A DNA stretch of 64,000 nucleotides from Clostridia bacterium (lineage in GTDB: Bacteria > Bacillota > Clostridia > Oscillospirales > CAG-272), in NCBI GenBank assembly GCA_017517745.1, contig JAFWYJ010000062.1, positions 54 to 64,053 of the forward strand, given 5' to 3'. Positions 37,036-46,450 of the stretch are shown piece by piece; position 1 is the stretch's first letter; each line of letters opens with the position of its first letter. The position numbers and the translations under genes are program-made. The notes below the pieces were generated by a model, which saw nothing but the letters and a program-made list of their open reading frames with translations, was not told where the DNA came from and did not search any database.

Positions 37036-38127
37036 ATGTCTATTGGTTCAACCATAAAATGTCTGCGCCGTGAGAAGGATATTACACAAGAACAGCTTGC
37101 CGAGTATCTTGGAATCACTTCGCGCGCAATCTCTCAATGGGAGTGCGATCGAACAGCTCCCGATATTTCTCAACTGCCCGCGCTCTGCCATATCTTCGAC
37201 GTTTCATCTGATGTTCTGCTTGGAATCGATATTGAGAAGAACAATGAGGAAATAAAGAAATATTTGAGCGATGCGGCTGAGTTGGGCTATCAAGGGAAAG
37301 GTACGGAACGTACCGCGCTTCTCCGCGAAGCAAACAAAAAATTTCCGCGCGATTATAGGATCATGCAAAGCCTTGCTGATTCGTTGGTATGCGAGTATTC
37401 TCAAAAAGGCATCAAGGAGTATGACGAGGTGTCTGACCTTTGCAATCGAATCCTTGCCGAGTGTACCGATAGTTTGATTCGATATGAAGCAATCGACACA
37501 CTTGGAACCGCTTACGGATATGCAGGCAAAAAGGATGAAATGTTAAAACTTGCCGAGGAAATGCCGCGCACCCATTTTTCGTACGAAAACTTTATGATGT
37601 ATCGTTGGAAAGGCGATGCGGATTTTGAAAAAAGACAATCATATATTGCATATTTGATAAATCAACTGCTATCAGTTATTGGCTGTGCTTGCGGTCATCG
37701 TCACGATGATGATAAAATGATTTACTCGGCAGAAGAAAGAATTAAGTTACACACGCTGCAAGTAAATTTGCTTGAACTGCTATTTCCTGATCAAGATTAT
37801 CAGTATTTGGCTCAAGAAGGCGAGATTGCATGTAGCATGATGGCTATCACGTATATTCGAAAGAATGATTTGGAAAATGCTTGGAAATGGTTAGAAAAGG
37901 CTACGGATTTTGCCATTGATATGGACACCTACGACTTTGATGCGCCTCACACCTCGCCCATTCTTCGCGGATATTCAAGCGGAGGCTGGATCATGGAGGC
38001 AGAAGGAAATCGTTCTCAGTCTATGCTTAACTGGTTGACAACCGATAATGAGGCTGCCGTTTTGCGTTCCGATGAACGCTATGAAACACTTGTAAACCGT
38101 CTTAAAAATGTTGCAAAAAAGCCTTAA
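37036..38127 (+). CDS. XRE-family HTH regulator with helical/TPR-like C-terminal domain (paralog of 14000..15070)
   Basis: SIGSTIKCLR...ITQEQLAEYLGI...AISQWE...PDI; GGAGG RBS; shares FP.D..., C.D..IR.EAI, G.KDE....AE.MP, L.PD..Y patterns with the first copy. Confidence 0.85.
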   Translation: MSIGSTIKCLRREKDITQEQLAEYLGITSRAISQWECDRTAPDISQLPALCHIFDVSSDVLLGIDIEKNNEEIKKYLSDAAELGYQGKGTERTALLREANKKFPRDYRIMQSLADSLVCEYSQKGIKEYDEVSDLCNRILAECTDSLIRYEAIDTLGTAYGYAGKKDEMLKLAEEMPRTHFSYENFMMYRWKGDADFEKRQSYIAYLINQLLSVIGCACGHRHDDDKMIYSAEERIKLHTLQVNLLELLFPDQDYQYLAQEGEIACSMMAITYIRKNDLENAWKWLEKATDFAIDMDTYDFDAPHTSPILRGYSSGGWIMEAEGNRSQSMLNWLTTDNEAAVLRSDERYETLVNRLKNVAKKP

Positions 38128-38220
38128 TTTCTCGCCCCGCCTCGCGCGGGGCTTCGCTTTTGTGGCCACAAAAGCAGTGCTTGTCAGGAAAATTGACAAG
38201 TCATAGATGAACATAAAGAA

Positions 38221-38346
38221 AGGCTCCCTTGTGTAAAGGGAGCTGACGCCGAAGGCGGCTGAGGGATTGTTTTGAGTGAAAATCTAACATTTTACAATCC
38301 CTCCGTCACGGCAAGCCGTGCCACCTCCCTTTGCACAAGGGAGGCT
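38221..38346. repeat. REP-doublet (REPIN-like) palindromic element
   Basis: AGGCTCCCTTGTGTAAAGGGAGCTG...GAGGGATTGT...ACAATCCCTC...CACCTCCCTTTGCACAAGGGAGGCT; self-complementary ends in inverted orientation. Confidence 0.75.
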
Positions 38347-38555
38347 CATTTCCTCCCGACAGTAAAACTATAAGGTGTAACACACTATACCTTGCGTGGC
38401 AGGCATGTGAAAAGGAGTACGAACAATCGTCCGTACTCCTTTTGTTTTTTTCGGCAGGTAAACCTGCTTTATGGAAGGCATCCCTTGCGGTCTCTTTTTC
38501 TTGCTTTTTATAATAATAATTATTCTTATTCTATTTTTAATCGTAAAAAGAAAAG

Positions 38556-38583
38556 ACAGGAGCCCCTCCGGGGGGGCTCCTGT
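38556..38583 (-). terminator. Terminator after wzt
   Basis: ACAGGAGCCCC-loop-GGGGCTCCTGT with an A run on the left (T run on the minus strand). Confidence 0.7.
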
Positions 38584-38599
38584 TCAGGTCGAATGTCGA

Positions 38600-39331
38600 T
38601 CAGCTCAATGCATTCGCCTGCGCGTATTGATCGCAGATTTCATCTGCCTCACCAATGGCAACGATCTTTCCGTGATCGAGCCAGATGACGCGATCGCAGA
38701 TGCCGCGAATCTGATCGATGCTGTGGGAGACGAGCAAAACGGTCGTGCCGTGGCTCATCAGCTCCATCATGCGGGCATAGCTCTTTTCCTGGAATGCCGC
38801 ATCTCCCACCGCCAGAATCTCGTCAACGATCAAAATGTCGGGGCTGACCATCGAGGCGATCGAGAAGGCAAGACGCATGACCATACCCGAAGAATAGTTG
38901 CGGACGGGACTGTTGATGAAGTCTCCAAGCTCGGAAAATGCAACGATCTCGTCGTATTTTTCTTTGAGAAAGCTTTCGGAGTAGCCGAGGATTGCACCGT
39001 TGAGAAAGATGTTTTCACGGCCGGTCAGATCAAAGTCGAAGCCACTGCCCAGCTCCAGCATGGGAACGACGTTTCCGTGGATCTCCAAGCTTCCCTCGGC
39101 GGGCTTCAAAATGCCCGAGATCACCTTGAGCAGCGTGCTTTTTCCGGCGCCGTTGTTGCCGACAATGCCGACGACCTCACCCTTTTTGATCTCAAAGCTC
39201 ACGCCGTCCAAAGCACGGAATTCCTCGTATTGCACCTTGTGCTTGATCAAAGCCACAAGATACTCTTTGATGCTTTGGATCTTGTCGCGAGTCATGCGAT
39301 AGCAAATGCTAACATTGTTCGCTTTAATCAT
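38600..39331 (-). CDS. Polysaccharide ABC exporter ATPase (Wzt/RgpD-like)
   Basis: GNNGAGKSTLLK, LELGSGFD..LTGRENIFL, YSSGMVMRLAFS, DEILAVGDAAFQEK. Confidence 0.92.
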   Translation of the reverse strand: MIKANNVSICYRMTRDKIQSIKEYLVALIKHKVQYEEFRALDGVSFEIKKGEVVGIVGNNGAGKSTLLKVISGILKPAEGSLEIHGNVVPMLELGSGFDFDLTGRENIFLNGAILGYSESFLKEKYDEIVAFSELGDFINSPVRNYSSGMVMRLAFSIASMVSPDILIVDEILAVGDAAFQEKSYARMMELMSHGTTVLLVSHSIDQIRGICDRVIWLDHGKIVAIGEADEICDQYAQANALS

Positions 39332-39370
39332 CTGTGATGAAGATTCCTTTCCGGATGAATGTCCGCAACA

Positions 39371-40840
39371 TCAAATATTGAGAACAAACTTATCCTGATT
39401 TTTGCGGAAGACCAACACGCCGATCACAAACGGAAGCGTGCAGAGAACGATACAGTAAAGATACGCCTTCGGCTCAAGCGAGACACCGTCGATGAGAATG
39501 CTGCGCATGAAGCGAAGCACGTGATAGAGCGGGTTGAGCTTATAGACGGTCATAAACTGAGCGGGAATGATCGACTCGGGGTAAAACACGGGAGTCAGAT
39601 ACATCAAAAGCATTGAGAAAATGCCCCACAAGAACTGTGTGTCACGGAAGAATACCATCAGCGTTGCCAAAATCAAGCCCACACCGTAACTGAGAAGGAA
39701 TAGCATCAGAAGCACGAACGGAAGCAGCAGAACGGCTTCGGTCGGCCAGGTCCTGGTGATCAAAAGCATGATGAAGAGCGGCACGAGAGAGAGCAAGAGG
39801 TTGATGGTTGAGGAAAGCGTGCGCGAGAAGGGGTAGATATACTTGGGTACGTAAACCTTGTTGATCAGCGTCGCATTTCCGACAATGCTCATCAGGCACA
39901 TATTGGTCGCCTCGTTGAAGAAGTTGAAGCAGACGATACCGCTGAGCAGATAGATCACAAAATTGTCGATCGAGGTCTTGAAGAGCGTCGAGAAGACAAC
40001 GTACTGAATGCTCATCGTGAGCAACGGATTGAGGAAGCTCCAAAGCATTCCCAAAACCGATCTTTTGTACTTGGTCTTGAAATCGCGCATAACGAGCTGA
40101 CGGATCAAAAAGCTATAACGCTTAAAGGAGCGGAAAACGTCCAGAAGGATATTTTTCTTTCCCTTGGCATGGCAGCGCACCAGGTAGAGCAGATAGAGTG
40201 CCAGCAAAAGCGCACCGCCGCCGTAAACATACCAATATGCAGGTCCGAACCAATGGCGGTTGATGCCGCCGACCTTGAGGTAAAGCTCGCAAGCATTGCC
40301 GTCCTCGTCGGTCATACGCGTTCCGTTGAGATAAAGCGCCTCGGTGTCCTCGATCTCCACGGGAACGTCCACGCGCCCGGCATCCACCGAGTTGCCGTAA
40401 TAAAAGGTAATCGCGTTGCCGCGCGTTCCCTTCAGGCTTTTCAAGGAGAGGATAAAATGCTGTCCTTTCACGTTTTCGATGATCGGATCGATGACAATCG
40501 CATATTCACTGTTGTCTTTCATGTTGTCAGTGGGCAGCGTTGTCGAAAACCGAACGGCACCGTTGGCATCGAGGATTTCAACCGCGATCTCATCACGATT
40601 GCTTCGCGCCATGGTTCCCACCATCACGGTCAGGCTTTGCAGATCGTCGAATTCGCAGACGAAGGACTGTCGGATCTCCTCTCCCTCTGTAAATTCTCCG
40701 AGTGCCGCCTTACAACTGACGCGGACCGAGCTGTCCGTGGTATAGTGCAGGCTGTTTCCTGCAATGAAATAAAAGGCAACGCCCAGCATCAGATAGATTG
40801 CCAGAACGATGGCGGCAATTCGAATCGCTTTGTTTTTCAT
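39371..40840 (-). CDS. Polysaccharide ABC exporter permease (Wzm/RgpC-like) with N-terminal extra domain
   Basis: C-terminal half LV.RDFKTKYKRSVLG..WS.LNP, YLTPVFYP, LNPLY; about 230 extra aa at the N-terminus flanked by TM segments. Confidence 0.88.
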   Translation of the reverse strand: MKNKAIRIAAIVLAIYLMLGVAFYFIAGNSLHYTTDSSVRVSCKAALGEFTEGEEIRQSFVCEFDDLQSLTVMVGTMARSNRDEIAVEILDANGAVRFSTTLPTDNMKDNSEYAIVIDPIIENVKGQHFILSLKSLKGTRGNAITFYYGNSVDAGRVDVPVEIEDTEALYLNGTRMTDEDGNACELYLKVGGINRHWFGPAYWYVYGGGALLLALYLLYLVRCHAKGKKNILLDVFRSFKRYSFLIRQLVMRDFKTKYKRSVLGMLWSFLNPLLTMSIQYVVFSTLFKTSIDNFVIYLLSGIVCFNFFNEATNMCLMSIVGNATLINKVYVPKYIYPFSRTLSSTINLLLSLVPLFIMLLITRTWPTEAVLLLPFVLLMLFLLSYGVGLILATLMVFFRDTQFLWGIFSMLLMYLTPVFYPESIIPAQFMTVYKLNPLYHVLRFMRSILIDGVSLEPKAYLYCIVLCTLPFVIGVLVFRKNQDKFVLNI

Positions 40841-40865
40841 AAAGCATCCTTTCAAAAATCCGGAA

Positions 40866-41711
40866 TCAAGAATTCAGTTCCTTAAGATAACGCGTGAGCG
40901 CATCCTTCCAATCGGGCAACCGCGAAAATCCGTTCGCCTCCAGCTTGTCCTTGCTCATTCGGGAATTGAGCGGACGGGCGGCGCGAGAAGGATATTCCGA
41001 CGTGGGAATGGGATGAATCACGGTGGATTTCCCGCCCTGCCGCATGATCTCGGCAGCAAACTCCGCCCAGGAGCAGGTTCCCTCGTTGGTGGCGTGATAC
41101 GTACCGTATTTGTCGGTGACGATCATGTCGCATAGAAGCTTGGAGAGATCGTAAGTATAGGTCGGCGAGCCGATCTGGTCGGCGACCACGTTGAGATCGC
41201 GCTTGGTTTCCGCCAAGCGGAGCATCGTTTTGATGAAATTCGCGCCGTTGATGCCAAACACCCACGAAATACGAACGATAAAGTGACGGTCGGTCGCCTT
41301 TTTGACCGCCTCCTCACCCATCAGCTTGGTCTTTCCGTAAACCGAGATCGGGCCCGTGGCGTCATCCGGCTCGTAGAAATGCTCTCCCGTACCGGGAAAG
41401 ACGTAGTCGGTGGAAATATACATCATTTTCGCGCCCACGCGCACAGCGGCGGCGGCGATGTTTGCAGGGCCATCGGCATTGACGCGCTCGCAAAGCTCGA
41501 CGTTGTCCTCCGCCTTGTCCACTGCGGTATATGCCGAGCAATGGATGATCGCGTCGGGAGAATAGTTCTCGATATAGCTTCCCGTGGCGGCGGCATCGGT
41601 GATGTCAAAGTCCTCGATGTCAACACCGCGATGCTCGATCCCTCTCTCGGAGAGAATGCGGCAAATGTCATATCCCAGCTGTCCTTTTACTCCGGTCACT
41701 AAAATCTTCAT
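40866..41711 (-). CDS. rmlD: dTDP-4-dehydrorhamnose reductase
   Basis: ILVTG.KGQLG, AYTAVDKAE, ISTDYVF, YGKTKL.GE, DQIGSPTY, A.RPLNSR. Confidence 0.93.
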   Translation of the reverse strand: MKILVTGVKGQLGYDICRILSERGIEHRGVDIEDFDITDAAATGSYIENYSPDAIIHCSAYTAVDKAEDNVELCERVNADGPANIAAAAVRVGAKMMYISTDYVFPGTGEHFYEPDDATGPISVYGKTKLMGEEAVKKATDRHFIVRISWVFGINGANFIKTMLRLAETKRDLNVVADQIGSPTYTYDLSKLLCDMIVTDKYGTYHATNEGTCSWAEFAAEIMRQGGKSTVIHPIPTSEYPSRAARPLNSRMSKDKLEANGFSRLPDWKDALTRYLKELNS

Positions 41712-41742
41712 GGAAGCAAATCCTTTCTGTCTGTCAACGGTT

Positions 41743-42702
41743 TTATAAAACACCCTTCTGTATCAAACGAATGGCAAATCGGAACAGCGGCATCGGCAGT
41801 CTCAGCGCAAACAGTTCAAACAGCGAAGTCACGCGATTGAGACGGCGGAGACGCCAAAGCGCCCGAAAGCCACCCTTTTGGCGGTGAAAATTTTGCATTC
41901 GCGCCTCACTCCAGGCAAACGCCTCGTCGAGTTCGGGAAAGCTCGCCACTGCGGCAAACGCGCGCACACGCGCAACAAACACGCCAATGCGACGCGCAAG
42001 ATAATCCTCTTTGGTCCTCACCCCGGTCATCACACCGGTCTGGTTGCCGCCGTACACGCGGTAAAGCATCTGTGGCTCGGCAAGAAAATCAATGGCGCCG
42101 TCGCAAGAAGCGCGGAAGGCAAGATAATGATCGTGAACCACTGCCGCGGGAAACGGCAGATACGAAAGCGCGCGCTCACGTTCCATCAAAACGGTACACC
42201 CCATCACGAAATTGCGGTAGATGAGCGTGGGAGCCAGCCCCTCTCCGCGCAGATAAGTATGTCTGCGGCGATGCCGCTCCATCGTGGCGGCAATCTCTTT
42301 GCCCTCGCCGTCGATGACCTTGACGTTGGTGCAAACCAGCGTCGGGGAAAGCGGGCTATCCTCCAACAGCTTCACCGTATTGGTCAGCTTGTCCGAAAGC
42401 CAGACGTCATCCTGATCGCAAAACGCGACGTAAGGTTCCTCACAGTCGCGGATCAGCGCGGCAAAGGTCTCGTTGGATCCGAGGTTGGTCTCATTTCGAT
42501 GCAAAACGAAGGGGAACGCGGTGATATGCTCGCGCAAAAGGCGCTCCAACTCCGCACACGAAAGGTGGGGAGAGGCATCGTCCCGAACGTAAAGACGGAG
42601 GTTGGGATAGGTTTGGCGATTGAGCGAATCCAACAGCTCGATCAACCAATCCACACGCGCATCATAGACCGCCAAAAGAATGGCGATCGCTTGATTTTTC
42701 AT
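41743..42702 (-). CDS. GT2 glycosyltransferase (RgpB-like rhamnosyltransferase)
   Basis: VRDDAS, NLG...F, AFCDQDDVWLSDKL, N.VMGCT, HDHYL, YR..GGNQTG. Confidence 0.85.
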   Translation of the reverse strand: MKNQAIAILLAVYDARVDWLIELLDSLNRQTYPNLRLYVRDDASPHLSCAELERLLREHITAFPFVLHRNETNLGSNETFAALIRDCEEPYVAFCDQDDVWLSDKLTNTVKLLEDSPLSPTLVCTNVKVIDGEGKEIAATMERHRRRHTYLRGEGLAPTLIYRNFVMGCTVLMERERALSYLPFPAAVVHDHYLAFRASCDGAIDFLAEPQMLYRVYGGNQTGVMTGVRTKEDYLARRIGVFVARVRAFAAVASFPELDEAFAWSEARMQNFHRQKGGFRALWRLRRLNRVTSLFELFALRLPMPLFRFAIRLIQKGVL

Positions 42703-42926
42703 GCCGTTCCTCCCTCTTGTCAAAAAATCGGATTGCATACAAAATATATTATAACATAAATTACAAAAAAAAGCAACCGTTTTTTTGAAATTTTAGAAAA
42801 TGATACATTCTATCACATACGACAAAAATCGAGACTGTCTCAAAAATGCATTTGAGGCAGCCTCGTTCAATGGAATGTGTCGGGTTCGGACGAAACGCGC
42901 CGAACACGGCGATTTCACGTCGAAAA

Positions 42927-44186
42927 TCAATTTGTCGCGGTCTCCGAGCCCAAACAAACGATCACCAGCTCGGGGCGGTTGAAGATGCGCGGGATGCGCG
43001 TGTGCGTGCCGAGACCTCGGCTGATGACACAGCGGTTTTCCAACACTCCGGCGGTATATTTCGGAAAGATTCCTTGCCCCGGTGCATACACGCCGCGTCC
43101 GAACAGCCTCCACTGTCCCCCGTGCGCGTGTCCGCAAACGGTCAGTTCAACGTCGGTCTTTCTGATGTACGGCACAAAATACTCGGGATGGTGACAAAGC
43201 AAGACGCGGTATCCCTCCTCCTCGGAAAAGCGTTGCAACGCTTCCCCGTCCGGTGCATTGCGCTTGCCGTTGATGCCCGAAGTCAAGCCACCGATGCGAA
43301 GTGCTCCGTGCGCGACACTGTCATTTTCCAAAAGAACCGCGCCCGTGTCAGTAATACGTGCTCTGATCTCATCGGTCAGCGGGATCGGAGTCGGGTGTCT
43401 CCAGGGATTTCCCTTGTGATAGCAAGCGATTTCATGGTTCCCGAGCGAATAGTAGGTCGGCGCGATCTGCGCGCAGGCGCGCAAAAATCCGTAGCACGCC
43501 CCATCCGCGTCCCGCAACCCCTCGTCGTCGGTCAGATCCCCCGGAATCAAAATCAGATCGGGAGCCTCGCGCCGCAAGATCTCCAGCGTGGCCTCTCCGT
43601 CACAGTCATGCAGATCTGCCGCAACGGCAAGGCGCAAATGCAGATCGTCTCGTTCGCACGGAATTCGGTAGCAGGTGAGTTTCGGCGGCCGCTTGCTCCA
43701 CACCCGTCGCCACTTCATCACAAGAAGCACCGCAAGCACGAGTGCGCAGGCGATCACCGCCCCCGAGGTGTCGATCAGCACGTCCTTGAAATGCGGGACT
43801 CTGCCGTCGGCGAGTTTCTGATGCCATTCATCGGTGCAGGCATAGACAAAGGTCCATGCAACCGCAGCGCAGTACCGCCACCAGATCCTCCCGCGCCAGG
43901 TCAAAAGGAACAGAAAAACCGTCCCGCCCAGCACGCCAAACTCGGTCATGTGTGCCGCTTTTCTCAAATACGGATGCCAAATATTGATGATTTTTTCTCT
44001 CTCGCTCGGCGGCTTTTGCTCAAAATCCTTGACGGTTACCCCTGCGACCACCTCCATCAAGTTTCCGCTGATCTTTCCCGAATCGTCCGCGTTTTGCGAG
44101 GAAAAGAAAAAGATGAGCACCATCTCGGCAAAAATCAGAAAGAGCAGGATCAGTCGCCGTCGCATGATTTTTTTCGTCTGTTTCAT
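42927..44186 (-). CDS. VanZ-like membrane domain fused to a YkuE-like metallophosphoesterase
   Basis: IFFFSSQ.A..S, RKAAH..EF, YA.TDEWHQ....GR...KDVLID followed in frame by ADLH, PGDL, GNHE, LLCHHPE, GHAHGGQ, SRGLG. Confidence 0.85.
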   Translation of the reverse strand: MKQTKKIMRRRLILLFLIFAEMVLIFFFSSQNADDSGKISGNLMEVVAGVTVKDFEQKPPSEREKIINIWHPYLRKAAHMTEFGVLGGTVFLFLLTWRGRIWWRYCAAVAWTFVYACTDEWHQKLADGRVPHFKDVLIDTSGAVIACALVLAVLLVMKWRRVWSKRPPKLTCYRIPCERDDLHLRLAVAADLHDCDGEATLEILRREAPDLILIPGDLTDDEGLRDADGACYGFLRACAQIAPTYYSLGNHEIACYHKGNPWRHPTPIPLTDEIRARITDTGAVLLENDSVAHGALRIGGLTSGINGKRNAPDGEALQRFSEEEGYRVLLCHHPEYFVPYIRKTDVELTVCGHAHGGQWRLFGRGVYAPGQGIFPKYTAGVLENRCVISRGLGTHTRIPRIFNRPELVIVCLGSETATN

Positions 44187-44283
44187 GTTAGATCCCCAAT
44201 TTTTATTTCTGCAATTCTTCGATTGAAATTATCATATCATAAAACCCGATGAAAATCAAGTGCATTTTTTGAAAGAACGGAAA

Positions 44284-44700
44284 TTATCCGCAAAACAAAA
44301 GCAATGCAAGCCACAAAACGACGTCGGATTCGGTACCGTTTTCCGAAAGCATCAGAAGAAGTGCGAGCAACAGCAGATCGTCAAACCGCATCCCCCGCAA
44401 AAATCGAAGTCTCCCGTCAAGATGAGTCTCCGAAGCCTTTTCGGAAGGTTCGGGAAGCTCTGCTTTCGCTTCCTCGCGGGACGGTGCGAGCGGCACGTCG
44501 GGCTTCGGCGGTAATTTCACCGCCTTGGGAGGCGGCGGCATGACCGAGGTATCCTTCCCCTCCGTCGCAGGCGGCGGTGTCGGCTTTGCCACGTCCAGGC
44601 GATGCGGGGACATTTCCTTGGGCGGCGCCGTCTCGGAAAACGCGATGCCTCCGTAATTTTCGGGAACCGGCACGGGGCGGTCGTGATAGCGAGAGTACAT
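44284..44700 (-). CDS. Hypothetical Pro-rich protein with hydrophobic C-terminus
   Basis: GGGAGG RBS; VPENYGG.AF; C-terminal DDLLLLALLLML...LWLALLLF. Confidence 0.7.
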   Translation of the reverse strand: MYSRYHDRPVPVPENYGGIAFSETAPPKEMSPHRLDVAKPTPPPATEGKDTSVMPPPPKAVKLPPKPDVPLAPSREEAKAELPEPSEKASETHLDGRLRFLRGMRFDDLLLLALLLMLSENGTESDVVLWLALLLFCG

Positions 44701-44718
44701 AAATCAGCCTCCCTCCTT

Positions 44719-45207
44719 TTATGTCAACAATTGAACCGCCGCACCGAGGCGCGAAATGCGGAGGATCGAGTCGACGGCTTCCCGCCGTTGCGCGGACAGA
44801 AACGGTTTCAACGCCAAAAGTAACCGCTCACGGTCACTCACGGTCAAAGAGCCTCCCTCGGGGCCGCTTTGCGAGGGTGAGCCGTTCTGCGCGGGAAGTG
44901 TGTTCAGCAACGGCTTCATCATCGCCATGATCTCGGGAAGCTTTTCGAGCATGGCAGGATTGGAAAGAATCGCTCCCAAGCCGTCCGCAAATCCGCCTCC
45001 CGCAGAGGATGCGGCAGCCGAAGCGCTCTCCGACGCACTCCGGGCAGGATCCTCACCCGCCGCTTCCCGCTCACCCGCTGTCGGCGCAGAAGGCGCCAAG
45101 CCTCCGCCGAGCAGGCTTGCGAGACGTTGCAAAAGTTCCGGATTGGAAAGTAACGCGTTCAGCATCCCCGTCGGTGGAATCGACGTACCCTGCTTTTCTT
45201 CTTCCAT
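44719..45207 (-). CDS. Hypothetical low-complexity protein
   Basis: Two LSNP repeats; C-terminal RERLLLALKPFLS..RREAVD motif; RBS GGGGAG. Confidence 0.7.
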   Translation of the reverse strand: MEEEKQGTSIPPTGMLNALLSNPELLQRLASLLGGGLAPSAPTAGEREAAGEDPARSASESASAAASSAGGGFADGLGAILSNPAMLEKLPEIMAMMKPLLNTLPAQNGSPSQSGPEGGSLTVSDRERLLLALKPFLSAQRREAVDSILRISRLGAAVQLLT

Positions 45208-45230
45208 GATGACGTCTCCCCCTTCCGAAT

Positions 45231-45461
45231 TCAATGCTTGCGGCGATTTTTCCGATAGGTCTCATAAACGTCATTCAGCTGCTTCAGATCCTGCTCGGTC
45301 GCACCTCCGAGCGCCGCGCGGATCTGCGCAACATGATTGGGATCCAATCCAAGCGCGGCAGGATCGATCCCCGCTTCCGCGGCAACCCCTCGAATGAAGG
45401 CACTCAATTGCTCGTCATTCATCGCGAGCAGACGGTTGAGCATATTGGCATCAATTTGCAT
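45231..45461 (-). CDS. Small hypothetical protein
   Basis: AAAGGAG RBS; first gene of a three-gene minus-strand run. Confidence 0.65.
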   Translation of the reverse strand: MQIDANMLNRLLAMNDEQLSAFIRGVAAEAGIDPAALGLDPNHVAQIRAALGGATEQDLKQLNDVYETYRKNRRKH

Positions 45462-45637
45462 GGTTCTTCAAGCTCCTTTCGTCGGTTTCTTCGTTCATCC
45501 TCAGTATATGAAAAAGTCCTTGCTTTGCCACCGCCGAAAAAAGCCTCGCAAAAAAACGTGGCAATGGGTAGACAAACCGACGAGGAAATGATATAATAAA
45601 ATACACGAGGAAAAAGTTACACGGAAAGGGATCAAAC

Positions 45638-46141
45638 TTGGAAATTTTGGTTTTTTCAGACTCCCACGGAAACAAACGAAAAATGTGTCGGGCGATGGAA
45701 TTGCAACCTCACCGCGTGCGCGCGATTTTCTTTTTGGGAGACGGTCTGCGCGACGTTGACGAATCCATGGCAGACGGCGCAGAGTTGTATTCGGTGCAAG
45801 GAAATTGCGATTGGCTCTGCGCGCATCTCGCCCTCACGGAAAGGATCTGCGAGTTGGACGGCTTTCGCATCCTGGCGACACACGGACACGCTTACAACGT
45901 CAAAAGCGGACTTGGCGCGCTGATCTCTCGCGCGGCGAAGGCAGATGCCGACGTCGTGCTCTTCGGTCACACCCATCAGCCTCTCTTGGAAACCATCCCG
46001 GCAGGAAGCGTGATCGGAGACCGTACCCTGGAGCATCCCATTTATCTGTTCAACCCCGGAAGCATCGGTTACGGCGGTTCATTCGGCACAATCACCATTC
46101 GCGGAAGAGAAATTCTGTTTTCTCACGGTGAGGTTCGATAA
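45638..46141 (+). CDS. YfcE/MJ0936-family metallophosphoesterase
   Basis: VFSDSHG, FLGDG, VQGNCD, THGH, FGHTH, NPGS. Confidence 0.88.
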   Translation: MEILVFSDSHGNKRKMCRAMELQPHRVRAIFFLGDGLRDVDESMADGAELYSVQGNCDWLCAHLALTERICELDGFRILATHGHAYNVKSGLGALISRAAKADADVVLFGHTHQPLLETIPAGSVIGDRTLEHPIYLFNPGSIGYGGSFGTITIRGREILFSHGEVR

Positions 46142-46450
46142 AAAAGCGAAAATCCAAACCGTTTTCCTCTCTCGTTCGTTTGGTTTTCATTGTTTATATC
46201 ATTTTATTTATGCAATATCACGAAGCCTATGTTTCACTTATATGCCAAGGCTTTTTCGATTGTTATTTTCTTTGATTTCAGAAAGATTTGTTCAAAATAA
46301 CGATTCCGGAAAAAGCAACCAAAAAAAGAAAACGGAAACGGCATCGAGAAAGCTTTCAAAGAACTGTTTTTTCTTTTTCGAAGGACACAAAAAAGAAAAA
46401 ACGGCCGTCAAGATTGTCAATCTTGACGAACCGTTTCTTCGATGGTCGAA

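Noticed and set aside
38471-39337. 288-aa plus-strand ORF with hydrophobic N-terminus (possible peptide or membrane gene near the XRE regulator)
   Set aside because: It runs through a terminator and antisense to wzt; the hydrophobic stretch comes from AT-rich low-complexity DNA and there is no good RBS.
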